Source of the DNA: an uncultured virus (IMG/VR IMGVR_UViG_3300007754_000002)
Lineage: Duplodnaviria; Heunggongvirae; Uroviricota; Caudoviricetes
DNA length: 64,000 nucleotides
Virus record (IMG/VR): IMGVR_UViG_3300007754_000002
Reading direction: 5' to 3' (one strand)
The translations under genes were made by a program, and so were the position numbers. This document shows, one piece after another, positions 55,713 through 64,000 of the stretch. The first letter of the stretch is position 1. Each line of letters begins with the position of its first letter. The notes under the pieces are model-generated. The model was not told the origin of the DNA, ran no database searches, and saw only the letters and a program-made list of their open reading frames with translations.

Positions 55713-58700
55713 GTGGCCCCTGCACTTAATCCAGAGCGAGTCGCTCTTCGCTTCCTGAGAACCGCAGAAGCGCAAGCCCCCATCGGCCCGGGTTGGGGAA
55801 TCACGATGCAGGAGAGGATGTTCAGCCGTCCTGTCCAGCGGGAGATCATCAAGCGATTCAAGAGCCCGCAATCACAGGGCTTCTTCCAGCTCTACGTGGA
55901 GTTGTTCCAGTCTTACCGGAACGGTGAGCTGCTCAGTCCGGTGTTCCCCCGCTATGCGACGGCGATTCGCTTTGTCCGACGTTTCCTGGCCTCGGAGGCG
56001 GGGACGGCTCGCTTTCAGGAGGCCCACTCCAAGCTGCGGGTTCTGCTGCGTCGTCTTGACGAAGCAGATCGTTCGCAGAGGGCCTTCCCTCTGCGAGACT
56101 GGAACCTGATCGCGTACTGGTATGCCCGAGCCCTGGTAGAGCTTGCTGCTGAGCGGGATCTCTATCTTCAGATGGCGGCGAAGGCCGGCAGCCCTCGCTG
56201 GACAACCCTACGGCGTCTATCTCCTCGTCAGGAGGAAGCGGCCCGTGTCCGGAAGAACAACCCCGAGTTGTATGAGGCGAAGCAGAACGTCAAGCGTCTC
56301 CGTCAGATCAGGGATGACGCAATCCGGGCTTTTGCTCTGGAGGGCGGGGACGTTCAGGAAAAGAGGCTGATGAGGAGCCACCCGCCGTTCCTGGTTGGAA
56401 CCGACCCCGTCACGGGAGAGCAGGTGGTGTTTGATGTAGACGGGGAGCGGATTCCCATCTACCCGGTCCCTCCAGAGGTCACCTCCGCGGGTGACGCCCG
56501 GAAGATCGCCTATCGAGACCTCTACGCCAAATATCGACAGCGAGATCGGCTCCGGCGACGGGTCTTCCCTTCTGAGGCGGACCTGGAAGACCTCCGGCAG
56601 TTCACTCCGGATGACATTGAGCAGCGAGGCGAGGGGCCTGAGTATGACGTGGCTCTGACGGACGACAAGGCGAAGGCTCATCAGGTGACGAGGTTGCTGA
56701 AGGTCCGCAAGGTTCAGATCGAGGACGCCCAGGGGGTGACCAGGACCGAAGAGGTCATCGTCTCGGGTCGGTTTCAGGGGATCGCCCTGGCGGACATGGC
56801 GAACCGGGCTGGTCGTATGTTGGAGGGCACCGCCTACGACTATGATCCCACGTCCAACCGGGCGGTCCCGCTCCTTCCTCTGGAGAGGAAGGGTGCCGAT
56901 GGTCAGGTCGAGGTGAAGGTCACCCGGGAGCCTTACATCACCATGAAGGGTGACCGGCTCTACGTGACCATCCCCGCGAGCCACGCCTACGCCCCCCACC
57001 GGAATGCCTTGAAGAAGCTCGCCGGGAGTAAGTTCAGCAACATCGACATTCACCGTCGGCGGGGATCGAGGATGATCTCCGCCAGCTTTGACCCGGCAGA
57101 CTTCGCGGATATCCGTGACGCCCTCGGTGGAGCCGCGGTCAGTCAGGCTGCGGTTCGGAAGTTTCAAGAGTATTTCGAGGAGCTGGCCGGGTACGAGAGG
57201 GCCTTGTCAGCTCAGAACCTCCGCAACTACACCGCAGACGCAATCAGCGGTTTCCGAGACGTCCACCCCTCGGGCAAGCCCATCTCCTTGATGAGCCACC
57301 AGCAGGAGAGCATCGCGTCTCTGGAAATCCGCGGCTGGAGGGGCGTCATCGCCCTAGGGACCGGGCTGGGTAAGACGCTTGTGGGCCTCGGATCCATGTT
57401 GAAAATGGACCGCGATGGAGTCGGTGACGAGATCTCCGACAGCAACGGGAAGTACCTGATCGTCGCCCCGACCTCCCTGGTCGGGAACTTCATCCAAGAG
57501 ATTCACGCCTTCGTAGAAGACGCGGACAATCTCCTTGACCGAGTAGACACTCTCAGTCATGGGCAGTTCCGCAAGGCTCTCCAGCAGGACTCGCAATTCG
57601 GAGCCAACTACATCGCGATTTTCATCGATGAGGGAGACGTGCTCTCCAATCCGGACAGCAAGACCTCCCGAGCTGTCCAGGCACTCCGCCACCCCAGGAA
57701 GATCATTCTGACGGCTTCCCCGATGAAGAAGGATCCCTTGGAGGCCCGCGTCTTGATCGGGATCGCCAACGGGGAAGACTACAGCCGCCGCGAGGACCGG
57801 AGGAAGCTTCGTCAGTTCAACGCCCTCTTTGTAGACCGAGTGGGGGGTCGGGCTGTGGGCGTCAAGAGGGATCCGCATAAGGCTCGGGACCTCCGAGTGT
57901 TCATGCGGCAGAACCTCTTCTTCCGGGACAAGACGACGACCGAGATCGGCCTCCCCGCGTTGGAGAAAAGCTCCACCCCGCTCCCGATGGACCCACACAT
58001 TGAGGAGATGTATCGGACGCAGGGCAAGTCCATCGCGAAGGTTCTCAAGGGCATGGTCGCCAAGTGGCGAGACCGGAACCCGGACGCCAAAGACACCAAC
58101 ATCGAAGCCGCCCGGGTCAAGTTCGCCAGGACGCTTGGGAACCTCCAGCGACTCAGCAACCTCCCGGATGAGATTCACCTGGAGGAGCACCTCGGTCGGG
58201 TCGGTTCCTGGGATCTCATCAACAGGGCCCTTCAGGTAATCGGGGCTCCCGGTGTTGCGTCAGACGCAACACTTCGCGAAGTGTCTTCAAGGATCATCAC
58301 TCTCCCGCCGGGCCGGCGGGCGGACTTGTTGGACGCCCTGATTGACCTGGACGAGACGGAGGCCAATGCTCTCCTTCCGTTGATGGAGGACGGGAACCCC
58401 AAGCTGAACAAGACCCGAGAGCGGCTGGCGAACGGCGTAGGTCAGGGGGATCGCTTTATCGTCTGGACGGACAGCCCGGACTTCGCTCACAAGACCATCG
58501 CGTATCTCAGCAGCGTACTCCCGGTGAAGAAGCACGCTGTCGGACTCTCTTCTGCGATCGAGGTATGGCAGGACGGAAGGCGGATCCACCGCTATCGAAA
58601 GAAGAAGTACACGGGCCCGGACGGTGAGGTCTACGAGCCTGCTGAGTGGCAGGTCTACGTCCTGAAGCATGAGCTGTCCACCGACCCTGAGGTGCTCTCC

Positions 58701-59102
58701 ATCGTTCTGACCGGGAGCTATGCCTTCGGTCACAACCTCCAGCGGTTCAACAAGGTGATTCACCTGGACCGGGACACCTGGAACACGCAGAAGATGGCTC
58801 AGAGGACGGCTCGGAGCCACCGCTACGGGGCTGTCCAAGTCGTTCAAGAAGAGATTCTGGACGCTACCTTCTCCAGCAGGAAGAACAGGAAGGACGCCAC
58901 CCTGGATGAGATTCGGGGCTACCTGATGGAGCTGGAGAGCGACGTCTTTGACGAGTTTATCGTCCAGGCTCAGACGGAGGCTATGGGGGCTGAGTGGTTC
59001 GGGATGAGGCATCTGCCTGCTTCGCTCTACGAGGTCAACCGACAGGCTCAGGAAATCAGCCTGTCGCCCTACATCGCCAACATCGCCAACCCGGGCAACT
59101 GA
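55713..59102 (+). CDS. SNF2-like SF2 helicase with a long N-terminal extension
   Basis: GTGLGKT, LIVAP, IDEGD, LTASP, GHNLQ, WN...QRTARSHRYG. Confidence 0.85.
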   Translation: MAPALNPERVALRFLRTAEAQAPIGPGWGITMQERMFSRPVQREIIKRFKSPQSQGFFQLYVELFQSYRNGELLSPVFPRYATAIRFVRRFLASEAGTARFQEAHSKLRVLLRRLDEADRSQRAFPLRDWNLIAYWYARALVELAAERDLYLQMAAKAGSPRWTTLRRLSPRQEEAARVRKNNPELYEAKQNVKRLRQIRDDAIRAFALEGGDVQEKRLMRSHPPFLVGTDPVTGEQVVFDVDGERIPIYPVPPEVTSAGDARKIAYRDLYAKYRQRDRLRRRVFPSEADLEDLRQFTPDDIEQRGEGPEYDVALTDDKAKAHQVTRLLKVRKVQIEDAQGVTRTEEVIVSGRFQGIALADMANRAGRMLEGTAYDYDPTSNRAVPLLPLERKGADGQVEVKVTREPYITMKGDRLYVTIPASHAYAPHRNALKKLAGSKFSNIDIHRRRGSRMISASFDPADFADIRDALGGAAVSQAAVRKFQEYFEELAGYERALSAQNLRNYTADAISGFRDVHPSGKPISLMSHQQESIASLEIRGWRGVIALGTGLGKTLVGLGSMLKMDRDGVGDEISDSNGKYLIVAPTSLVGNFIQEIHAFVEDADNLLDRVDTLSHGQFRKALQQDSQFGANYIAIFIDEGDVLSNPDSKTSRAVQALRHPRKIILTASPMKKDPLEARVLIGIANGEDYSRREDRRKLRQFNALFVDRVGGRAVGVKRDPHKARDLRVFMRQNLFFRDKTTTEIGLPALEKSSTPLPMDPHIEEMYRTQGKSIAKVLKGMVAKWRDRNPDAKDTNIEAARVKFARTLGNLQRLSNLPDEIHLEEHLGRVGSWDLINRALQVIGAPGVASDATLREVSSRIITLPPGRRADLLDALIDLDETEANALLPLMEDGNPKLNKTRERLANGVGQGDRFIVWTDSPDFAHKTIAYLSSVLPVKKHAVGLSSAIEVWQDGRRIHRYRKKKYTGPDGEVYEPAEWQVYVLKHELSTDPEVLSIVLTGSYAFGHNLQRFNKVIHLDRDTWNTQKMAQRTARSHRYGAVQVVQEEILDATFSSRKNRKDATLDEIRGYLMELESDVFDEFIVQAQTEAMGAEWFGMRHLPASLYEVNRQAQEISLSPYIANIANPGN

Positions 59103-59356
59103 TGAAAGACTATCCCATGACCGTCCCGGAGTGGCGGCGATACATCTGGTCCATCCCAGAGGCAGACCTGTTTGACACGGCGAACACCATGAACTCCATG
59201 AGGTTCGTGGAAATCCTCCAAGAAGACGGACTGGAGCCTCGGGTCATCGGGGAGGTCTTCCGCATGTTCGCCGCTCGAATGCGGGAGCTGAGGATGCAGC
59301 TCCCCACACGCAGGACAGGGGGCTACGTCTCTTTCGCGGATATGACACGGCGATGA
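59102..59356 (+). CDS. Hypothetical protein
   Basis: TGATG coupling to the helicase. Confidence 0.5.
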   Translation: MKDYPMTVPEWRRYIWSIPEADLFDTANTMNSMRFVEILQEDGLEPRVIGEVFRMFAARMRELRMQLPTRRTGGYVSFADMTRR

Positions 59357-60750
59357 AGCGGAGGAGCCAGGGCAACGGGCCCCTGCTTTACACTGAGGTT
59401 GTGTCGGGCCTTCAGGAATTCCTCCCGCTGCTCCACAGGGCAATCAACCTCTCGGACGACGTCTCCCACCAGGACGCTTCGGATCTGGATGAGGCCCTCA
59501 AAGCGGCGGATCCCTCCCTGGTCAACGCCCCGCTGTCCAGATGGCTGAAGGTTCAGGACCACGCCAAGCTCGCAGACCTCAGGTTCTTCCGTAGAGGGAT
59601 CGGGTGGGGTCTCCGGCACCTGGACTCCGAGCGAGTCAGAACAGACGCTCAAGGCTACCTGGAAGTTCTTCAGGGCTTGATGGCTGAAGTGGGGCCGGCT
59701 TCCTTCACCTACGAAGGGTTCTTCATCTTGAACCCAGACCGCCTTCTAAACCGGCGGGTACGCGGTCTTCTGGACGCCGTAGACTACCTCAACGCCTTGT
59801 TCCGCAGAAAAGGCGTTGAACCGCTCTTGAGAGAGACGGTATCCCGAATCGAGCTAAGGATCATGGAGGGGACCGCTCATGGACTGTACTCTGCTCAAGA
59901 GCGGCGGGTCACCCTACGGGCAGGTATCGAGGACCGTAGCTTTGCTCGGCTCACGGAGACCTGGGTACATGAAGTTCTCCTCCATGAGATCGGTCACCAT
60001 GTCCATCTGGACTTCCTTCATCCTCGGGGTCGGGAGGAGTGGGATTCCGGGTGGGATGAAGCTCACCGGGCACGAGAGAGCTTGAACAACAAGCTCCACG
60101 TCACCCCTTCTGACCGACAGAAGTTCTGGGAGTTGATCGAGCGGGCCGGGTGGGATCCGAAGAAAGCCGGTCGGAAGGTCAAGGGGCTGATGAGAGCGAA
60201 GTACCTCGCTTGGCTCTATTACACCGAAGGGAACCGGCTGATTTCCACCCCGAATCAAGTGCGGCTGACTCCCTATGGGCGAGGCGTCATGGACTTCTTC
60301 CGCGACCCGGAGAAATACCGCCAGGAATTTCTTAACGCGGGGCTCAGCCCGGAGAGATCTGAGAAAGCCTTTCTCCGGAAGGTTCAAGCCTACATGAGCA
60401 ACCTCGCGATGACGCCCTGGTATGCCAACCGACTCTGGCCCATGCTCCCGCAGGACAAAGTGGATGAGATCCGCTCTGGAGATCGGTCTGTCAGCGAAGC
60501 CTTGGACCGGCTGGGCATTCCCAGCAGCTACGGCAGGACCAACCCTAAGGAGGACTTCGCGGAGACCTTCGTGCTCTTCATGACAGAGCCCCACCGTCTC
60601 TCAGAAACAGCCCGCTTCCGTATGAAAAGAGCCCTGGCTCTCTCCAGCCTCTATGGAAAGCCCTTGATGCCCCTCGCCTCCAAAGTGGCCGAGGCGTGGC
60701 TACAGCGAGATCCAACGTTCGGGGTCTCTCGGGAGACAGGAGAACGCTGA
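59353..60750 (+). CDS. Zincin-like metallopeptidase-domain protein
   Basis: LLHEIGHHVH; SYGRTNPKEDFAETF. Confidence 0.75.
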   Translation: MKRRSQGNGPLLYTEVVSGLQEFLPLLHRAINLSDDVSHQDASDLDEALKAADPSLVNAPLSRWLKVQDHAKLADLRFFRRGIGWGLRHLDSERVRTDAQGYLEVLQGLMAEVGPASFTYEGFFILNPDRLLNRRVRGLLDAVDYLNALFRRKGVEPLLRETVSRIELRIMEGTAHGLYSAQERRVTLRAGIEDRSFARLTETWVHEVLLHEIGHHVHLDFLHPRGREEWDSGWDEAHRARESLNNKLHVTPSDRQKFWELIERAGWDPKKAGRKVKGLMRAKYLAWLYYTEGNRLISTPNQVRLTPYGRGVMDFFRDPEKYRQEFLNAGLSPERSEKAFLRKVQAYMSNLAMTPWYANRLWPMLPQDKVDEIRSGDRSVSEALDRLGIPSSYGRTNPKEDFAETFVLFMTEPHRLSETARFRMKRALALSSLYGKPLMPLASKVAEAWLQRDPTFGVSRETGER

Positions 60751-61086
60751 TCCCAGCGTGCAAGGAATCTCCCCTGGCTCGCAGGGATCCTCTTCGCAGC
60801 CGTAGCCGAAGGGTGCCCTCTTGACCTCCGGCGAGGGAAACCCCTTCACGAGGGACCGGAGATTCGCGTCTGCGTGAGCCCCAGGCCACTTCTCAGGCCA
60901 CTGCGGGATGAGCAGGCTACCCTGGCTCACCTCGCCCTCAACGACGCCCCATGAGCCCGTAGGCGGGTCTCCAACACCGATCTCATTCAGCCTTCGCCGC
61001 AGGAGAGATAGCTCCTCCTCAGTGAGAGTCCGTCCGAACCGGATCTCCACCATCCACCACTTGTACTCGGGGTCGAACAGGTTCAT
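60700..61086 (-). CDS. Hypothetical protein
   Basis: ATGA overlap. Confidence 0.45.
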   Translation of the reverse strand: MNLFDPEYKWWMVEIRFGRTLTEEELSLLRRRLNEIGVGDPPTGSWGVVEGEVSQGSLLIPQWPEKWPGAHADANLRSLVKGFPSPEVKRAPFGYGCEEDPCEPGEIPCTLGSAFSCLPRDPERWISL

Positions 61087-61400
61087 GGACGGTGGCTCTT
61101 GAGGACGATCAGCTCTCGATCCCCAGGATGTTCCGCGACCCAGGCCGACCTGATCCTCAACATGGTCGTATAGTCCCCGGGGCAGACCGCGGACCAGTCC
61201 CCCTCCCAGAGGGAAGGCGAGGCGGATCGAAGGACGTACTTCCCCCCGACCTGAACGATCATCAGGGTTCTCCTACCCCGGCGATGTTGATCCTCCTGAA
61301 CGCCCGTCAGGGCTTCCCCACCCGCAACCCGAAGAACCAACTCACGATCCCAGGAGTGCGGTTGACCCGCGAGGAGGGCGAATTTCATTACGTTGATCAT
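61083..61400 (-). CDS. Hypothetical protein
   Basis: SD AGGAG; promoter motif at 61421-61443. Confidence 0.5.
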   Translation of the reverse strand: MINVMKFALLAGQPHSWDRELVLRVAGGEALTGVQEDQHRRGRRTLMIVQVGGKYVLRSASPSLWEGDWSAVCPGDYTTMLRIRSAWVAEHPGDRELIVLKSHRP

Positions 61401-61450
61401 CAGGATGCTCCTATACCAGTATACGAGCGGCCCGGAGAAAATCCCAAGTG

Positions 61451-62020
61451 TTACCAGGAGGCCAGAAACACGTTCAACTGATCCTGGGCGTACCGACGAG
61501 CTTTCGGCCCCGAGCCGTTGTAGCAGCGGAAGGTAGAAAACAGCCCGTCCGTCCTGCCCTGACAGTAAGAGAGGATGTAAGCCCCAGCCCGAAGATTCTC
61601 CTTCGGGCTCCAGAGGTCTGTGATTCCTTTCCCAGCGAGGTGGTCTCTCCACACGCTTGGGTTCACCTGCATCAACCCGATCTCCCCGGCGCCACCGAGA
61701 GCCGCTTCCCGACACCCGGACTCCCTCCACACCGTCGTCGAGACCACGCGGGCATCCACGCCGAACTCCACGGCGGCCCGCTCAACCAGGGCACTGAACT
61801 CCGACGGGGGATCTACATCACACCCGGTTTCATGCCCAAGCGTCACCGCATCCAGACCCAGGGGATCCGCGAAATCAGGAGCCTGCTCCAGAGAAACCGG
61901 CGGAGACCACTGAGGCGGTACCGGTTCTTCAGCGGGGCTCCTGGTCACCGTCCCCATCAAGAGACCGCCCAGAAAGAGAACCATCAGCGTCGCCGCTGCT
62001 CTCGCCATCCACAACCGCAT
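61451..62020 (-). CDS. Lytic transglycosylase (SLT domain) with a signal/TM segment
   Basis: WRES...GEIGLMQV...NLRAGAYIL...YNG. Confidence 0.85.
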   Translation of the reverse strand: MRLWMARAAATLMVLFLGGLLMGTVTRSPAEEPVPPQWSPPVSLEQAPDFADPLGLDAVTLGHETGCDVDPPSEFSALVERAAVEFGVDARVVSTTVWRESGCREAALGGAGEIGLMQVNPSVWRDHLAGKGITDLWSPKENLRAGAYILSYCQGRTDGLFSTFRCYNGSGPKARRYAQDQLNVFLASW

Positions 62021-62079
62021 CTATCACCTCAACTCAACTATTGGTCCGTCAATAGCTAATACGAGTCAGCGGTGAGGAG

Positions 62080-62385
62080 TTACCGATAAAGGACGACGGC
62101 GTTGCTGGAGTGTCCAACGGGAAAGCAGGTCCCGAGCACCCCGGCGTTGATTTGACAGAGAGCGACTTTCTGGTCCTTCTCGACGGGTGTTGTCCCGGTA
62201 AAGGAACCGGAACAGGACCAGACGGCTCCGACGCGAATCCGGCACTGCTGGAAGCGGCCCTCTCTCAGGACCACCGCCTCCCCGTTGTATCCGGTCGCAG
62301 AGCAGGAGGTCACGACTCCCACCGAGGTGGAGCACTCGCGATATTTGAGCGGCGCCGCGAGTACGAGGGGAATCAGCCAGATCAC
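62080..62385 (-). CDS. Secreted Cys-repeat protein
   Basis: Hydrophobic N-terminus; three C-x4-G-x3-C repeats. Confidence 0.5.
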   Translation of the reverse strand: MIWLIPLVLAAPLKYRECSTSVGVVTSCSATGYNGEAVVLREGRFQQCRIRVGAVWSCSGSFTGTTPVEKDQKVALCQINAGVLGTCFPVGHSSNAVVLYR

Positions 62386-62843
62386 CCCTGCGACTCAAAC
62401 AGGGAGTCCAGATCCTCCAAAGCAGCGTCCGTGAAAGGCTCCAGGGTGATCGGGGGGTCTACGGCAGCGGGGTCCGAGACGACATGCTCCGCTCCGAGGA
62501 GGGCCCTCCCGGTCAAGGCTTCCGGGACCTGGATGGTCCTCTTGGTTGTGCAGTAGGACTCCAGGTGGGGATGCTTCTCGTAGAGAGCCAGCGCGATGTA
62601 TCGGCGGCACTCGTTGGGAATCTTGAACTGAGCCCTCCGGCCTTCCAGACCCCGAGCCGCAGCCCACTGCGGAAAATCCCACCGCACCCGCTCAGTCAAA
62701 GCCCCGATCCCGAACTTCTCGTTCGCTCCGGCCTTCTCAAGGGCCAGCTCTTCAAACCGCTGGAACAGCTCTGGGTTGTCGCGAATCCACTCCGCGGTCT
62801 TTTCCCACAGCTCAATCTGACGCTTCGCGGTAGCGATATCCAT
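62382..62843 (-). CDS. Hypothetical phage protein
   Basis: NP....F...AL...ERVRW...FKIPN...Y.A. Confidence 0.6.
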   Translation of the reverse strand: MDIATAKRQIELWEKTAEWIRDNPELFQRFEELALEKAGANEKFGIGALTERVRWDFPQWAAARGLEGRRAQFKIPNECRRYIALALYEKHPHLESYCTTKRTIQVPEALTGRALLGAEHVVSDPAAVDPPITLEPFTDAALEDLDSLFESQG

Positions 62844-62914
62844 GTATCACCTCGCCCTTTATTACGTCCGGCAACAGCCTTCTGGGCTACCTAGAGCAAG
62901 GGATTTATGAGTGG

Positions 62915-63319
62915 CTAATCGAGGAGATCCGCGAGCCAAGACGAAGCGTTCTCCTGAACAGTGCTCTCCCGCCGCTGGACCCTTTGCCGGATCCTCTCCA
63001 GGTCGAAGTCAGAGAGCAGCCACCGCTCTCGCTCACCGTCCGGGGTATCCACTTCAACGCCTGTATAAGAAGAAGCTTCCCGGGCGAATTTCCGCTCAGT
63101 GTTCGTGACCACTGAGAATACCCCACGCCGCCCTGGGATCTCGTCCTCAGGGTTCTTCTGAGCCCGCGAGCGAAATGTCTCCCGCTCCTCTCGGGTCACG
63201 AGCCAGTATTCCTCAGCGTCGCCGGAGTAGTCCGCCTGAGCCTTCAGGAACCAGTAGTGGTCGTCCGTTCCGAGGGCGGGGTCGAGGTTCTCCACCCACT
63301 TGAGCTTTCCGAGTGCCAC
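62915..63319 (-). CDS. Hypothetical protein with an internal duplication
   Basis: SD AGGAGG; two VxN...WL...R.R halves. Confidence 0.55.
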   Translation of the reverse strand: MALGKLKWVENLDPALGTDDHYWFLKAQADYSGDAEEYWLVTREERETFRSRAQKNPEDEIPGRRGVFSVVTNTERKFAREASSYTGVEVDTPDGERERWLLSDFDLERIRQRVQRRESTVQENASSWLADLLD

Positions 63320-63347
63320 AGTAGACCTCCTATATAGGAGCCCCACC

Positions 63348-63602
63348 CTACTCGGAATCGACGACCCCGAATAACTTCTTCACCTCTCGGAACCTGTAAC
63401 CGTCCGCGATGAGGGAGGAGATCTGGTCAAAGATCTTCCTCTCTCGGGTCTCCGAGAGAGGGGTGTTCTCTGGATGGACCCTCCGGCGAGCGAAGCACAG
63501 CCCACCATCCTCGCAGTCTACAAGAATGACAGGTGATCCGATCACCTCGGAGTCAGGACGCGGCGGGATGCCAACGCACCCGCATGTGAATTTGACTAGC
63601 AT
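63348..63602 (-). CDS. Hypothetical protein, predicted leaderless
   Basis: ATG 8 nt after TCGTAT (63616-63611). Confidence 0.55.
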   Translation of the reverse strand: MLVKFTCGCVGIPPRPDSEVIGSPVILVDCEDGGLCFARRRVHPENTPLSETRERKIFDQISSLIADGYRFREVKKLFGVVDSE

Positions 63603-63617
63603 GTCCAGATATACGAG

Positions 63618-64000
63618 TCAGCCCGCGAAACTTCCCTTCTTTCCCAGGTAAAAATTCTTGACCCACCGCTCCGCGACCTTCGGAAGGTGCATCCAGGCGT
63701 CGAAAGTCTCGTCAAACACGACCTCGGGGTAGGTCTTCCGGAGGCCCCGGTAGATCTTGATAGCGTCCCTCATACGCTCCCGAGCCGGCTCTATGCGGCG
63801 AGCCCCGCCCCGAGAGTCAGGCTCGTAGCCGTAACTGATGATGGACATGCAGATGTTCAGGGCGAGCTTAGCGAAGCTCGGGTTGAACCCCCGGAAGCCG
63901 TCTCGACCTTCCGCGAGGGCGAGCATGACCTTCTCGTGTTCTCCCTCTCGGTTGACCAGCCCCGCGGCGATCCTCATGATGTTGGTGTCGAACCAGGGGT
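63618..64000 (-). CDS. Hypothetical protein (5' end may lie outside the window)
   Basis: Frame open towards the window edge. Confidence 0.45.
   Translation of the reverse strand, partial: PWFDTNIMRIAAGLVNREGEHEKVMLALAEGRDGFRGFNPSFAKLALNICMSIISYGYEPDSRGGARRIEPARERMRDAIKIYRGLRKTYPEVVFDETFDAWMHLPKVAERWVKNFYLGKKGSFAG

Noticed and set aside
1..64000. Genome-wide TAG reassignment
   Set aside because: Long conserved genes are intact under code 11, and many recognisable genes end at TAG with complete domains

Overview
A GC-rich (about 63% by eye), gene-dense stretch with frequent strand switches that reads as part of a large (jumbo-type) dsDNA phage genome. No capsid, terminase, tail or cas genes are visible. 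The window opens with the end of a CRISPR array (36-nt repeat), followed by a WGR-PARP (ADP-ribosyltransferase) gene. Other recognisable genes: a sigma-70 factor, a primase-type Zn finger, a family A DNA polymerase, three N4/N6 DNA methyltransferases plus two stand-alone methyltransferase-insert ORFs, nucleotide enzymes (ThyX, HD, MazG, NDT-like), glutamine synthetase II, an amidase endolysin, a transglycosylase, HNH and GIY-YIG nucleases, a SNF2-like helicase, several HEXXH peptidases and six tRNAs. The most striking locus is 23259-24046 (minus strand). Two tandem CUA-anticodon (amber-suppressor) tRNAs sit directly upstream of a separately promoted leader ORF with an early TAG. Read-through of that TAG gives an RGPP arrest-like motif next to a hairpin near the ribosome-binding site of an in-frame gene, which suggests an amber-readthrough sensor. 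Other candidates: a 15-copy promoter motif driving leaderless mRNAs, a shared RVAxxWL peptide on unrelated proteins, a structured RNA of about 265 nt with its own promoter and terminator, and a small protein ending in PPLAGG with a partner gene. All product calls come from motif recognition by eye, with no database searches.
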